Below the pieces are notes generated by a model. The model did not search any database. It saw nothing but the letters and a program-made list of their open reading frames with translations, and had not been told where the DNA came from. Source: Candidatus Kapaibacterium sp. (lineage in GTDB: Bacteria > Bacteroidota > Ignavibacteria > Kapaibacteriales > UBA2268). Taken from it: a DNA stretch of 64,000 bases. The translations under genes were made by a program, and so were the position numbers. Positions 30,771 to 40,910 of this stretch are shown here, one piece after another (position 1 is the stretch's first letter; every line of letters begins with the position of its first letter). Location of the stretch: the NCBI GenBank assembly GCA_023957315.1, contig JAMLHE010000005.1, positions 169,132 through 233,131 on the forward strand. Direction: 5' to 3'.

Positions 30771-31586
30771 TTAATAAATTTCATGCACATACCTAATTTC
30801 ATTTTTCGGAGGTCGCACATAGGTACTGTCAATATTGCGTTCGGGCAGTTCCATCGGTGGCGGTATGACATCTTTGTAAGGAATTTGACCTAACAAATGA
30901 GCGATACAATTCAATCTGCCCTTCTTTTTGTCGTTGCAATCTACGTTATACCATGGAGATTCGGGAATATCAGTCAACCGAATCATAATATCTTTAGCTC
31001 TGGAATATTCTTCCCATTTATCCCATGATGCAATATCAATATCGGATAATTTCCATCTGCGGCTCGGGTCTCTTGCTCTGTCTCTGAAACGTTTTTCTTG
31101 TTCATCTTCATCAACGGTAATCCAATATTTGATTAGAATGATGCCTGAACGCACGAGCATTTTCTCGAATTCCGGGCATGACCTCATGAATTCATCGTAT
31201 TCGTGTTTTGTGCAGAATCCCATGACATGCTCTACACCTGCACGATTATACCAACTACGGTCGAAAATCACGATTTCACCGGCAGCGGGAAGATGAGTAA
31301 TATAGCGTTGGAAATACCATTGAGTACGCTCTCGTTCAGTTGGCTTAGTCAGGGCTACCACAGTTGCTCCACGTGGATTCAGAGGCTCTTGAATCCTTTT
31401 GATAATGCCGCCTTTACCAGCTGCGTCGCGCCCTTCGAACAGCACACAGACCTTAAGCCCCTCCTTTTTAATCCAATATTGCAACTTCACAAGTTCCAAC
31501 TGAAGCCGCTCTAACTCGCTCTCATAAACTTTTTTGTCTATGCCGTCGTTCTTAGAATTTTTTTTGTCCTTAGCCATACCAAACAC
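30771..31586 (-). CDS. ppk2: Polyphosphate kinase 2 family (polyphosphate:nucleotide phosphotransferase)
   Basis: Walker A EGRDAAGKGG and the PPK2 lid region; 271 aa. Confidence 0.8.
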   Translation of the reverse strand: MFGMAKDKKNSKNDGIDKKVYESELERLQLELVKLQYWIKKEGLKVCVLFEGRDAAGKGGIIKRIQEPLNPRGATVVALTKPTERERTQWYFQRYITHLPAAGEIVIFDRSWYNRAGVEHVMGFCTKHEYDEFMRSCPEFEKMLVRSGIILIKYWITVDEDEQEKRFRDRARDPSRRWKLSDIDIASWDKWEEYSRAKDIMIRLTDIPESPWYNVDCNDKKKGRLNCIAHLLGQIPYKDVIPPPMELPERNIDSTYVRPPKNEIRYVHEIY

Positions 31587-31761
31587 TCCAAATTAATTAT
31601 TCAAAGCAGATGAAGAAAAAATACTTTACAAACATAACAAAATTCAAATCTAATCACAAAAACGACTTATTGAGTCGTAAGAATAATTTATTATATTTGA
31701 ATACTTTTTTTGTGAATTTTTTTACAAATTTATTAAGTTTTAGTAAAATTAAGGTTACAGA

Positions 31762-33096
31762 GTGAAAAATCGTCGTTTCAAATTAAAATGGATTATCATC
31801 TTAGTGCTATTGCTTATAATAGTTATTGGTGGTTCCTTGCTTCTGATGCTGTATCTAACATTTGGCAGTCAGTTTACAAGACCCGAGAATATTGCATCAC
31901 TATATTCCACGTTAAAGTTAGATTCATCGGATGATGATGATAATGCTGTAAAAACATTTGATTCAACATTTTTAAAATCAATAATGCCTGAATCAGATAC
32001 TGCGATTAAAATCATCAAATTAAGTGCTGACCCGGGTTATAACCCCGAAGTTGAATTCGATGATAAAGCAGGGAGGTATGTACGAAGAGTCTATAACGGC
32101 AGACGAATCAACATTGCAGTCACAGGAGTGGATTCAAGACTCGGACAACGTTTCAAACATGCTGATGCAAATCATGTTATTTCAATTTTAGCGGATAGTG
32201 GCAAAATTGAAATCATTTCTCTTCCAAGAGATACATATGCTGACGCAGGATTTGAAGATACAACCGGATTCAACAAACTCGCTACCGTTCGTGCCAAAGG
32301 CAGGAATGCTTATCTGAAAGAAGTTGCTTCAATTGCAGAGTTAGACAAGATTCACTATTGGGGCGAATTTGGTTTTTCGCAAGCAATTGGCATAATTGAG
32401 TGGTTAGGACACGAGAAACCACAATCTACTTTGAAAATTTTACGCTCCAGACAAGCTCTTGGCGGTGATGATTACCAAAGAGTTTATAATCAAGCTCAAT
32501 TTATGAGACAAATGATATCGAATAATTTTTCAAATTTAGATGGTATCAAGGGTGAAGTTATCATACGAGGTGTTTTATCATTGATTGAATCAAATTTGAA
32601 GACCTCTAAATTTAAAGAACTACTGAAGATACTAAAAGATAGCGGTTTTAGTGGAAATGTAGAAGATATTACTATCAAAATTAGACCTTCTTTCCCAATT
32701 GAATACAAGGTTTATGATTTTTCAAACCCATTGACTCTATTGCATCTGACATCTAAAATTGATGCTGCTCATTCAAAATCAAGGAAAGACACGAGTAAAG
32801 ACCAATCCTACGACGATTTGGAGTATATTTACAAAGTTCTGAGACAGCGTATTGATAAGATTATAGGCGATACTATCAAAAATCCATCTCAAGTTATAAA
32901 TAATTTGAAAATTTATTTTGAGCAAAAGGCATGGTTTCAGATAGAAGATTCGACTCACAGATATGAGATACGAAGCGCAATAAGCGAAAACTTACAAACT
33001 GCTTATATTATGATGAAAGATACTCTGAGTGCTACGGAAGTTGAAAACAAGGTTAAAAATGAAGACGATTTATTCAAATTAAAGAATAGTCAATGA
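31762..33096 (+). CDS. LytR-CpsA-Psr (LCP) family cell-envelope polymer phosphotransferase
   Basis: N-terminal TM. LCP core NIAVTGVDSR...ANHVISILADSGKIEIISLPRDTYAD. Confidence 0.75.
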   Translation: MKNRRFKLKWIIILVLLLIIVIGGSLLLMLYLTFGSQFTRPENIASLYSTLKLDSSDDDDNAVKTFDSTFLKSIMPESDTAIKIIKLSADPGYNPEVEFDDKAGRYVRRVYNGRRINIAVTGVDSRLGQRFKHADANHVISILADSGKIEIISLPRDTYADAGFEDTTGFNKLATVRAKGRNAYLKEVASIAELDKIHYWGEFGFSQAIGIIEWLGHEKPQSTLKILRSRQALGGDDYQRVYNQAQFMRQMISNNFSNLDGIKGEVIIRGVLSLIESNLKTSKFKELLKILKDSGFSGNVEDITIKIRPSFPIEYKVYDFSNPLTLLHLTSKIDAAHSKSRKDTSKDQSYDDLEYIYKVLRQRIDKIIGDTIKNPSQVINNLKIYFEQKAWFQIEDSTHRYEIRSAISENLQTAYIMMKDTLSATEVENKVKNEDDLFKLKNSQ

Positions 33097-33608
33097 AAAC
33101 TATTGTATTAGTCAGACATGCAAAATCGAGTTGGGATAATCCTGAATGGAGTGATTTTGAACGCCCTTTAAACAAACGCGGCTTACGTGATGCTCCATTT
33201 TTGGCAGATGTGTTGAAAACAAAAGATTTAAATCCGGATTTGATGATTTCCTCACCTGCAATTCGTGCCAAAATTACAGCTACTATTTTTGCTAATACAT
33301 TAGAATACGGTGAGAAAAATCTAAAATTTGATATTGGGATTTATGAAAAAGGTCAAAAGTATGTTTCCAAGCTTATTTCACAATTAGACAATAATCATAG
33401 TACGGTTTTCATTTTTGGACACAACCCCGATATCAGCTCCTTAGCCGGTTTTCTGACAGGCGATTATTTCGAAAATGTACCTACTTGCGGTATCGTCTGC
33501 ATTGATTTCAAAGTTCAGAATTGGGAAAAAGTTCTGAACGAAAATGGGATTCTCAGGTTCTTTATATTCCCGAAATTGTATTTCCAAAAAGAAAACTTGT
33601 CCGATTGA
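33093..33608 (+). CDS. Histidine phosphatase superfamily protein (SixA-like phosphohistidine phosphatase)
   Basis: RHA(K) catalytic motif at the N-terminus (IVLVRHAKSSW). 171 aa. 4-nt overlap with the upstream LCP gene. Confidence 0.7.
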   Translation: MKTIVLVRHAKSSWDNPEWSDFERPLNKRGLRDAPFLADVLKTKDLNPDLMISSPAIRAKITATIFANTLEYGEKNLKFDIGIYEKGQKYVSKLISQLDNNHSTVFIFGHNPDISSLAGFLTGDYFENVPTCGIVCIDFKVQNWEKVLNENGILRFFIFPKLYFQKENLSD

Positions 33609-33616
33609 TTCGGTAA

Positions 33617-36235
33617 TTATCTTACAACGCTCAATTTGAAATACTCAGTTGAGTTCCCTGAAGTAGCAACTACCAAATAGTTGCCCACATTGACTTTGGT
33701 ACCGTTTAGATTTTGCAAATTTATATCTAAGCTTAGTTTTTCGCTACCTGAAATTCCATCGTGCAAAATAGCAATGACATTGCCTGCAATGTCGTACAAT
33801 TTTATTATAGTGCGCTTGCCAAGTGTAGTTCCGAATTCGATATTGACCGCATCTGACGCAGGATTTGGGAATGCTTTCAAACGGTTAGAGCTTAATGTTT
33901 GATTTTCTTCAACCGAAGTTGTTATCAAATGTGATATTTCAAAATCCCAAATACCTCTGCCATAAGTAGCAAATCGTGCGATTTTTTTGTCGTCCAAATA
34001 GTTTACCGACCAATAATTTTGGTCAGGGCTTTCCAATCCGCCGATATGATACCATTTATTGTGATTTTTTATGTAGATATACGGTCCTGACGAAGTAGCA
34101 GCAAAGAGCACCTCTTCGTCTGCAGAAGCAGCCAAATCATATGCCATAGTCGGTGGCATCCCGTTATTCATAGGCTCGAATGAAAGTCCATTATTACGAG
34201 ATACGTAAATCGGTGCGGATGAATAGCCACTACCGGCAATATAAATTGTGCCGAGATGTACTCTTGATGGTAGAATTTTTGTTCCGTGAAGATAATTAAT
34301 CCCGGGACCTGTAAATCCTATAGTCTCGGTCCAAGTATCACCTCTGTTCGTAGAATAATAAAATTTTCCCAATCTTGTCAGTACATACATGTAGTTTATA
34401 TCCAACTCGGAAATACCAAGAGCAGTAACATCATTTACACTATTGTCTTGGTCAAATTTATAAGGTAGTTCACCGGCAGAAATTCCTCCGCCCGGGAGAT
34501 ATTCAAGTCTCCAAAGAGTCGAGAAATTCCCCGAACCGCCCGGAGCAATGTAAGCAAGACGCGGGTACCCGGGTACTGCAACTATTGGTGGCATCCAAAC
34601 TCTGTTGTTGGAAGATTGTGGGAAATTCCAAGTGTAGCGTTGATTAGACTTAGCAGCGTCAGGGTAAATCATTGCAAAGCCGGGATATACCGTCCATAGA
34701 CTTTTGCCATAATCTCCTGAGGTAATGCTGCCGTAATCACCGCTTATAGTTTGCTCGAAATCAAGTACATCATCTCGAAAGGGTTCGCTGCGTTGGAAGC
34801 CTTGGTCTTGGCTGCCGGCATATATAATATGATTTGGCGTGTTATATGTATAAATTGAATAATATTGAGAGACGTTGAGTTTGCTTAGCGAAATATTTAC
34901 GATATTTTCAGAATCCCCATAAGTACGATAAATGCCACCATCAGTAGATATCAAGATGATTTCTTCACCTTCGGGAGAAATGAAGGATTTGATTTCCGGA
35001 ATATCTGCATGAAGTTTATTAAGCGGGTCGTTGTAATAATCATACCATTCGTTGATTAACGACCAGGAAAGCCCACTGTTTGTGCTTTTGAAACAATTTA
35101 CGCCACCAATGAACAACATATTAGGGTTTGATTTCGAGACGCCAAAGCTGTTGCACATGAACATATCGGTGGGCGATTCACCGCCATCATCCCATGATTT
35201 GCCGCCATCCGTGGATTTTTGTATATACCGTTTGGATTCATTACCGAGCCTGATAGCTAAATAAACCACAGTTTTACCGTTGCTTACTGCACCTTTAGCA
35301 TAAAATCGAGGGTTATCAAGAATTCCGAAATTCGGGAAAAGCGATTGGAATTTGATTTTCTCATCATTTGCAACAGCATTTATAACAAATGTCGAATCGC
35401 GATGAAACAAATACAAGTTTGGGTCGCCGGAATCACTGCCCCAAATTTCAATTGCTTCTTTACGATTATGAATTCTGAATGCATTAAAAGATTCGCCATT
35501 ATCAGTAGAATAATATACACTCGTCTTTTGCCCATTGACAGTTTCATTTGCAAGAAGGTACAAAATGTCCGAATTGTCTTTTTCAACTGCACCCTGATTT
35601 GAGTTTACTTTTACGGCAATCCCACGAATAATATTGCCGGTGGATTCTACATTTTGTAGTCCATTTGATTTAAGCCAAGTTAAGCCCTCGTCATCGGAAT
35701 AATAGACATTACGTCGGTCGAACACTGTGATTCGGTTTTTATCACCGACTTTGAGTATTCTAATATCTCGGATGTTGAATTGAAATGAATTATTCAGGCA
35801 AGTCCAATCTTCGCCATCGAGTGTGCCGCGCCAAACGTTTCCACCCGCTGAAGCAGCATAAATCAATCCACGACTAAAATCAATATCGCAACCGTGAATT
35901 CTACCGGATTGGTTATTACTTCCTCTCTCCTTCCACTTGCCAACAACATTGCCATTAGCAGCGACAGTATTCAAGAACAAGTTCGGGTCTTTAAAGCCGA
36001 GCTCTTGTCGAATCTGATTAATTTCATTGCGACGATATTCGCGTACTTCGCGCTCGATGATTTTCCAATCAACTCCGGGCTCGGCACGGTGCATGTTTTC
36101 TAACCATTCACGTCTTTGTTTGTGAAAATCGGGATTTGACTCGCTTCGTTTGACTCTGTCAGGAGTGACTGCTTGAGCAAATAATTCGATGCTAATAAAT
36201 GAAAATAAGAGAATTATGAGAGTTAACTTTTTCAT
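33617..36235 (-). CDS. Secreted BNR/Asp-box repeat protein with T9SS C-terminal sorting domain
   Basis: Multiple SxDxGxTW repeats (YSDDEGLTW, STDGGKSW, STNSGLSW, STNRGDTW). Signal peptide. C-terminus ...KAFPNPASDAVNIEF...YFKLSVVR is CTD-like. Confidence 0.75.
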   Translation of the reverse strand: MKKLTLIILLFSFISIELFAQAVTPDRVKRSESNPDFHKQRREWLENMHRAEPGVDWKIIEREVREYRRNEINQIRQELGFKDPNLFLNTVAANGNVVGKWKERGSNNQSGRIHGCDIDFSRGLIYAASAGGNVWRGTLDGEDWTCLNNSFQFNIRDIRILKVGDKNRITVFDRRNVYYSDDEGLTWLKSNGLQNVESTGNIIRGIAVKVNSNQGAVEKDNSDILYLLANETVNGQKTSVYYSTDNGESFNAFRIHNRKEAIEIWGSDSGDPNLYLFHRDSTFVINAVANDEKIKFQSLFPNFGILDNPRFYAKGAVSNGKTVVYLAIRLGNESKRYIQKSTDGGKSWDDGGESPTDMFMCNSFGVSKSNPNMLFIGGVNCFKSTNSGLSWSLINEWYDYYNDPLNKLHADIPEIKSFISPEGEEIILISTDGGIYRTYGDSENIVNISLSKLNVSQYYSIYTYNTPNHIIYAGSQDQGFQRSEPFRDDVLDFEQTISGDYGSITSGDYGKSLWTVYPGFAMIYPDAAKSNQRYTWNFPQSSNNRVWMPPIVAVPGYPRLAYIAPGGSGNFSTLWRLEYLPGGGISAGELPYKFDQDNSVNDVTALGISELDINYMYVLTRLGKFYYSTNRGDTWTETIGFTGPGINYLHGTKILPSRVHLGTIYIAGSGYSSAPIYVSRNNGLSFEPMNNGMPPTMAYDLAASADEEVLFAATSSGPYIYIKNHNKWYHIGGLESPDQNYWSVNYLDDKKIARFATYGRGIWDFEISHLITTSVEENQTLSSNRLKAFPNPASDAVNIEFGTTLGKRTIIKLYDIAGNVIAILHDGISGSEKLSLDINLQNLNGTKVNVGNYLVVATSGNSTEYFKLSVVR

Positions 36236-36322
36236 AATAAAATTCCAAATTTATTGAATCCAATATTGTTATAAACACATTAAAGAAGCAAAAAATTACA
36301 AATAAAGTAAAAATATTTCTTA

Positions 36323-37117
36323 TTATACTAAAAAATTTTCATCACCTACGAGTTTGACAGCCGGTATATCCTTAAAGTATGTCCTCAGATAGAGCATTTG
36401 GAGAGTTTGGTCTAAAGCCGAGCGTACTTCATCGTTCCATTTAGTAATCACAGAGCCACTCCGCACGTATTGGTCAGTATTCTCGTCAATCTTTTCATGC
36501 ACGGGATATTCGAGCGGCAAATCGTCAGTTGCTGCCAATTTGATAAAATCATAATATTCGGGGATAATTTCCTCATTCCGCCCAACCCAAAAGGCAATCG
36601 GCAAAGGAATTTCGAATGAATCAAACCAATCTTCGCTCAAATCGAGTGAACTAATGTCGGGGAAATCTCCTATGCGTAAGACGGCGGACAGCTCTTTTGG
36701 GATTTCATTCGCACTGCCTGAATACTCTACGAAATCAGGTTCGATGTCGTATCGCTCAGAAAATAAGATTTTGGCAATTACAGTCAAATAGTCATCAACA
36801 TTAGATGCTCCAACTTTTGATAAGTTACTTTCGCCCTGCCGGAAAAGTATGCTCGAATTCCCATTAAAGCCCACAAACGAGAGGCACTGTTCAGGAATAA
36901 TCCTAAGGTCAGCCTTATTCATGCACATTCCGTAAACCAAGGGGCTAACAAGCGCCAAATCAGCATGATTATTAGTTACCGCTTTGAGTATAGCCTTTTC
37001 GTCAACAGTTTTCAGTTCGAAGCCAAAGTGCTCTGCTGCAGATTTTGCATTTGCTGTAATGATGTCACAAATGCCGTTATTCGATATATATATATTTTTT
37101 TTCATTTTTTTTGTCAC
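36323..37117 (-). CDS. MqnA/MqnD-like periplasmic-binding-fold protein (possible futalosine-pathway chorismate dehydratase)
   Basis: 264 aa; overall similarity pattern to MqnA-type proteins; assignment is tentative. Confidence 0.35.
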   Translation of the reverse strand: MTKKMKKNIYISNNGICDIITANAKSAAEHFGFELKTVDEKAILKAVTNNHADLALVSPLVYGMCMNKADLRIIPEQCLSFVGFNGNSSILFRQGESNLSKVGASNVDDYLTVIAKILFSERYDIEPDFVEYSGSANEIPKELSAVLRIGDFPDISSLDLSEDWFDSFEIPLPIAFWVGRNEEIIPEYYDFIKLAATDDLPLEYPVHEKIDENTDQYVRSGSVITKWNDEVRSALDQTLQMLYLRTYFKDIPAVKLVGDENFLV

Positions 37118-37128
37118 AAAATTGCTTT

Positions 37129-37674
37129 TTATGTGTTAGTATAGTTATGCCATTGACGAATTGAAGAATATATTGCAATTCCTGTAGCTATAGAGACGTT
37201 GAGTGAGTGTTTAACGCCATACATTGGTATTTCGATGGAAAAATCGCAAAGCTCAAGCACAGCATTGTCAATACCTGTCAATTCGTTACCGGCAATGATA
37301 CATAGTGGGAAATTGTCTCGCTCGATTTCATCATAACTCACGGAATTATTTGTGATTTCGAGTGCGGCTATATGAAAGCCCTTGTTTCGTTGATATTTGA
37401 TTGCATCTTGTATGTCGGGGAAATATTTCCAAGGCACGGTATCTACTGCACCGAGAGCAGTTTTTTCGATTTCCTTTCTTGGCGGATATGGCGTAAATCC
37501 GGTAAGAATGAGTTCTGATACAAGTGCTGAATCGCAAGTCCTGAACATTGAGCCGACATTGTAGAGGCTACGGACATTAGAGAGTATGATTGAGACAGGA
37601 TGGCGTTCGAATTCATTGATATCTGATTCTTTTTTTCGGATTTTTAGCAATTCGCTATGAGAAAGTTTTCGCAT
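37129..37674 (-). CDS. SpoU/TrmH-family RNA 2'-O-methyltransferase
   Basis: SPOUT motifs IIAGNELTGI and IEIPMYGVKHSLNVSIATGIAIY; 181 aa. Confidence 0.75.
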   Translation of the reverse strand: MRKLSHSELLKIRKKESDINEFERHPVSIILSNVRSLYNVGSMFRTCDSALVSELILTGFTPYPPRKEIEKTALGAVDTVPWKYFPDIQDAIKYQRNKGFHIAALEITNNSVSYDEIERDNFPLCIIAGNELTGIDNAVLELCDFSIEIPMYGVKHSLNVSIATGIAIYSSIRQWHNYTNT

Positions 37675-37801
37675 CTTTGTAAGTTTTGCTTATATTACAA
37701 TAAGTACTTGTGTAATAAAAAGAAATTGAATCGTGGTTAAATATTAAGTACAAATTTAATAATTTAGAATTTAAGTCAGTTCAAATAAATGGGGTCAGCA
37801 T

Positions 37802-40800
37802 ATGAATTGTCGTAAACATTTTTTCGTAGGATTGAACATTGTCGTCGTGATGCTGTTATCAGGGCTGAATATTTCATTCGGTGATGAAAGCGAAAACGGA
37901 CGAAAATTTTATATGACTTTTTTACCCAACTTCCACAACAACAAGTGGTCACAAGAACAGCAATTGAAGTATGGTGACTCGCTTTATATAATAATCTATG
38001 CGGATACAGAACCCACAAACGGTACGATTACATATTCAGATAATAACAGTATAAAGAACGTTCATTCTTTTACGATTCCAAATCCCGACATACCCCATAT
38101 ATTTTCAATTGCATATAATAAGTTTGAATTGATAGGCTATAATGACGCCGGAAGAGTAAATAATAATTCCGATAATGAAAAAATCAGTAAAAAATCATTT
38201 TACATAGAAACTGACAAAAATGTAATTGTATTAGGACATAATCAGGCATATCTAACGAGCGAATCGTTTAATGTATTGCCGGAAGAATTATTAGCAGAAG
38301 ACTATATTGTAATGGCATATAACTCGAACGGCATATCAGGCCCTCCTCCGGGAGTTTCGAATAGCTTAACTGTAACCCCATCTCAGTTTGCAATTATTGC
38401 AACAGAAGATAATACTGTTGTAGATATTTTTCCGAGTGCACCTACATATGCCAATCGCTTGAACCCACAAAGGATAACATTGGACAGATCTGATGTTTAC
38501 TTAGTCCAAGCATATGGATTTCAACAAGATCGTCATAGTGATTTGACAGGTACCGAAGTTCGTTCCGATAAACCTATTGCTATCGTTGCCGGTCAACAAA
38601 GAGCAAGAGTAGCATTTGATTTGCCTCAGCAGGATGTTTCACGCGATATGCTGATGGAGCAAATGCCACCTATAAAATACTGGAATATGTCATTTCCGGT
38701 AATACCTTTGCCCGATCCTGTGTCGCAATTTGATTCACGTCATTTGAAAGATAAATTACGAGTTCTCGCTGCTTTTGATGGCACAGAACTACTTGTTGGC
38801 GATGTTTTGATAGCTCAATTGGACAAAGGGGAATACTATGAAACTGATATAATTGAGCCATTCATGTTGAATTCAACAGCACCTGTTTTACCTATGATTT
38901 ACCGCAGGTCAGCTCAACTATCAAATATGGGCAACTCAGTAGGAGACCCGCTGATGCAGATTGTACCATCAATTGACCAATTTAGCAATCGTCAGAAATT
39001 TTATTCACTTGAAGTTAAAGAACCCAAATTTTCTATGGGTGGTCCGGTTCAACATCAGAGAGTTTATACAGAGCATTTTGCTGTTATCATAAGTCCTAAT
39101 AATAACTTCGGTAACATTACCTTAAATGGAACAAATGTTAACACGAATTTATTCAAACCTATAATAGAAAGTGATTTTTCATATTCGATACTTTCAGTCA
39201 ATCCCGGAACTAATCTGCTAAATTCAATTGAAAATGTGGGGCTCTTCGTATGCGGTTATGGCTATGCTAATTCGTACGGGTATTTTACAGGAACTTTGCG
39301 TGCTCGAGATGATTGGGAACCACCATTGCTCAAATCATCGTCGGATTGTTTCGAGATTGAAGGAATCGTAACGGACAACGGAGTAAAAGAAATTAGAGTC
39401 CAAGATGGTACGGCATTCAACATATATGTTGAAATTGCTCCTTTTACCGAAGGAGATACTACAGTTTCGTTCAAAGCAAAGATTATTAATCCCTTTTTGG
39501 ATGGACATTTCAAATTGATTGCTTCGGATATGATACTTCAGCAAATCAGAAAAGAAATGAGCATTCCCGGATTCACGATTGCTGTAAATGGAACTCAATA
39601 TACCGGGGAAACTATTGAAGTACAAAAGAGAATTCGCTCAGACATCAAATATTGTATGGATTATACTTTGTATAATTACGGTCAATTCCCCCAAGAAGTT
39701 TATATGAAAGCTTTTGAAAGTGAAAACTTTGTCAGCGATTTCCCGAATTCCGTGAATTTAGAACCCGGCGAAAGTTTTACATTCGAAGTATGCTTCAATA
39801 GCGAAGTTGACGTTATCGAAGTGGAAGATTTAATTTTATATAATGATTGCGTAGAACGAAATTTTGCTACTATGGAATTCGAATCCAAAGAAGACCAATA
39901 CGAACCAATCATACTTGCAACACCCGACCCGTGTAATCAATACGTCTCGCTTAAAATAACTGACGAAGATGATTGGGAATGGGGATTGGAGGAAGTCATC
40001 TTTGAAAATGTTGAGAATGTTGAGATTGAAGTTACCAATCCCGGAGTGTATTCTCGAGAAATTATGGCACGAGTAATTGACCCGTACCAAGATGCTTATT
40101 TTATGCTTTCAGTTAAAGATTCCTCCGGCAAAGTTGCAAGTTACGAAGCAATATTGCCAGGTTTTACTCTCGAATTTGAAGATTTAACACTTTCCGGCTC
40201 ATCAGACCAATATGAAGACTATGAATTCTCCAACACTATGATTGGTGGTTTAAATTGTTCACAATTCAGAATCAAAAACTATGGAGGATTTGACTTAGAT
40301 TTGGACGATGTATTTATGATGAAAAATAGCTTGTTTACAGTGCCCCAAGCTCAAATGCCATTGATAATTAAGCCCGGCACAAGTATGGATTTGACCCTTT
40401 GTTACCGCCCCGGCATATTTGTTGACGAAATTGATTATGACACACTGAAATTGACACATAATTGCATTGACCGTTTTGTGCCCGTTTCGGGATTGGCGTT
40501 AAGTATCGAATTTAATGAAGATTCAAGATGCAACGTTCCATTGTCGATTAGCTCGTCGAGTGTCCCGAATACAACATATTTATCAAGCAGTACACCGAAT
40601 CCTACCCAAGGAATCGCAAAAATCGAGTTTGGACTTCCGCAAGATTCATATGTCGAAATCACAGTTTATTCAATCTTAGGGCAAGAAATTTTGAACCTTG
40701 TAAATAGCGAGCTAAAAGCAGGACATTTTGAAATGGATTTAGATTTGAATAATCAACCATCCGGAATATATATTTATACTTTGCAAACGGATTCTACAAT

Positions 40801-40831
40801 AATCACAAAAACATTGCTAATCAATCGCTAA
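37802..40831 (+). CDS. Large secreted protein of unknown function with T9SS C-terminal sorting domain
   Basis: Signal peptide MNCRKHFFVGLNIVVVMLLSGLNISFG. 1009 aa. C-terminus NPTQGIAKIEFGLPQDSYVEITVYSILGQEI...GIYIYTLQTDSTIITKTLLINR fits the CTD pattern. Confidence 0.7.
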   Translation: MNCRKHFFVGLNIVVVMLLSGLNISFGDESENGRKFYMTFLPNFHNNKWSQEQQLKYGDSLYIIIYADTEPTNGTITYSDNNSIKNVHSFTIPNPDIPHIFSIAYNKFELIGYNDAGRVNNNSDNEKISKKSFYIETDKNVIVLGHNQAYLTSESFNVLPEELLAEDYIVMAYNSNGISGPPPGVSNSLTVTPSQFAIIATEDNTVVDIFPSAPTYANRLNPQRITLDRSDVYLVQAYGFQQDRHSDLTGTEVRSDKPIAIVAGQQRARVAFDLPQQDVSRDMLMEQMPPIKYWNMSFPVIPLPDPVSQFDSRHLKDKLRVLAAFDGTELLVGDVLIAQLDKGEYYETDIIEPFMLNSTAPVLPMIYRRSAQLSNMGNSVGDPLMQIVPSIDQFSNRQKFYSLEVKEPKFSMGGPVQHQRVYTEHFAVIISPNNNFGNITLNGTNVNTNLFKPIIESDFSYSILSVNPGTNLLNSIENVGLFVCGYGYANSYGYFTGTLRARDDWEPPLLKSSSDCFEIEGIVTDNGVKEIRVQDGTAFNIYVEIAPFTEGDTTVSFKAKIINPFLDGHFKLIASDMILQQIRKEMSIPGFTIAVNGTQYTGETIEVQKRIRSDIKYCMDYTLYNYGQFPQEVYMKAFESENFVSDFPNSVNLEPGESFTFEVCFNSEVDVIEVEDLILYNDCVERNFATMEFESKEDQYEPIILATPDPCNQYVSLKITDEDDWEWGLEEVIFENVENVEIEVTNPGVYSREIMARVIDPYQDAYFMLSVKDSSGKVASYEAILPGFTLEFEDLTLSGSSDQYEDYEFSNTMIGGLNCSQFRIKNYGGFDLDLDDVFMMKNSLFTVPQAQMPLIIKPGTSMDLTLCYRPGIFVDEIDYDTLKLTHNCIDRFVPVSGLALSIEFNEDSRCNVPLSISSSSVPNTTYLSSSTPNPTQGIAKIEFGLPQDSYVEITVYSILGQEILNLVNSELKAGHFEMDLDLNNQPSGIYIYTLQTDSTIITKTLLINR

Positions 40832-40910
40832 TTTCACTTTAAGTGAAACTTATTTGCACTTTAAGACGTTATAGTAAGTATATAAGAATGTATAATTACG
40901 GAGTTTTCAG

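Noticed and set aside
31587-31761. Possible ncRNA in the ppk2/LCP divergent region (acgact-tattg-agtcgt palindrome)
   Set aside because: A single 6-bp palindrome in an AT-rich divergent promoter region; no extended conserved structure.
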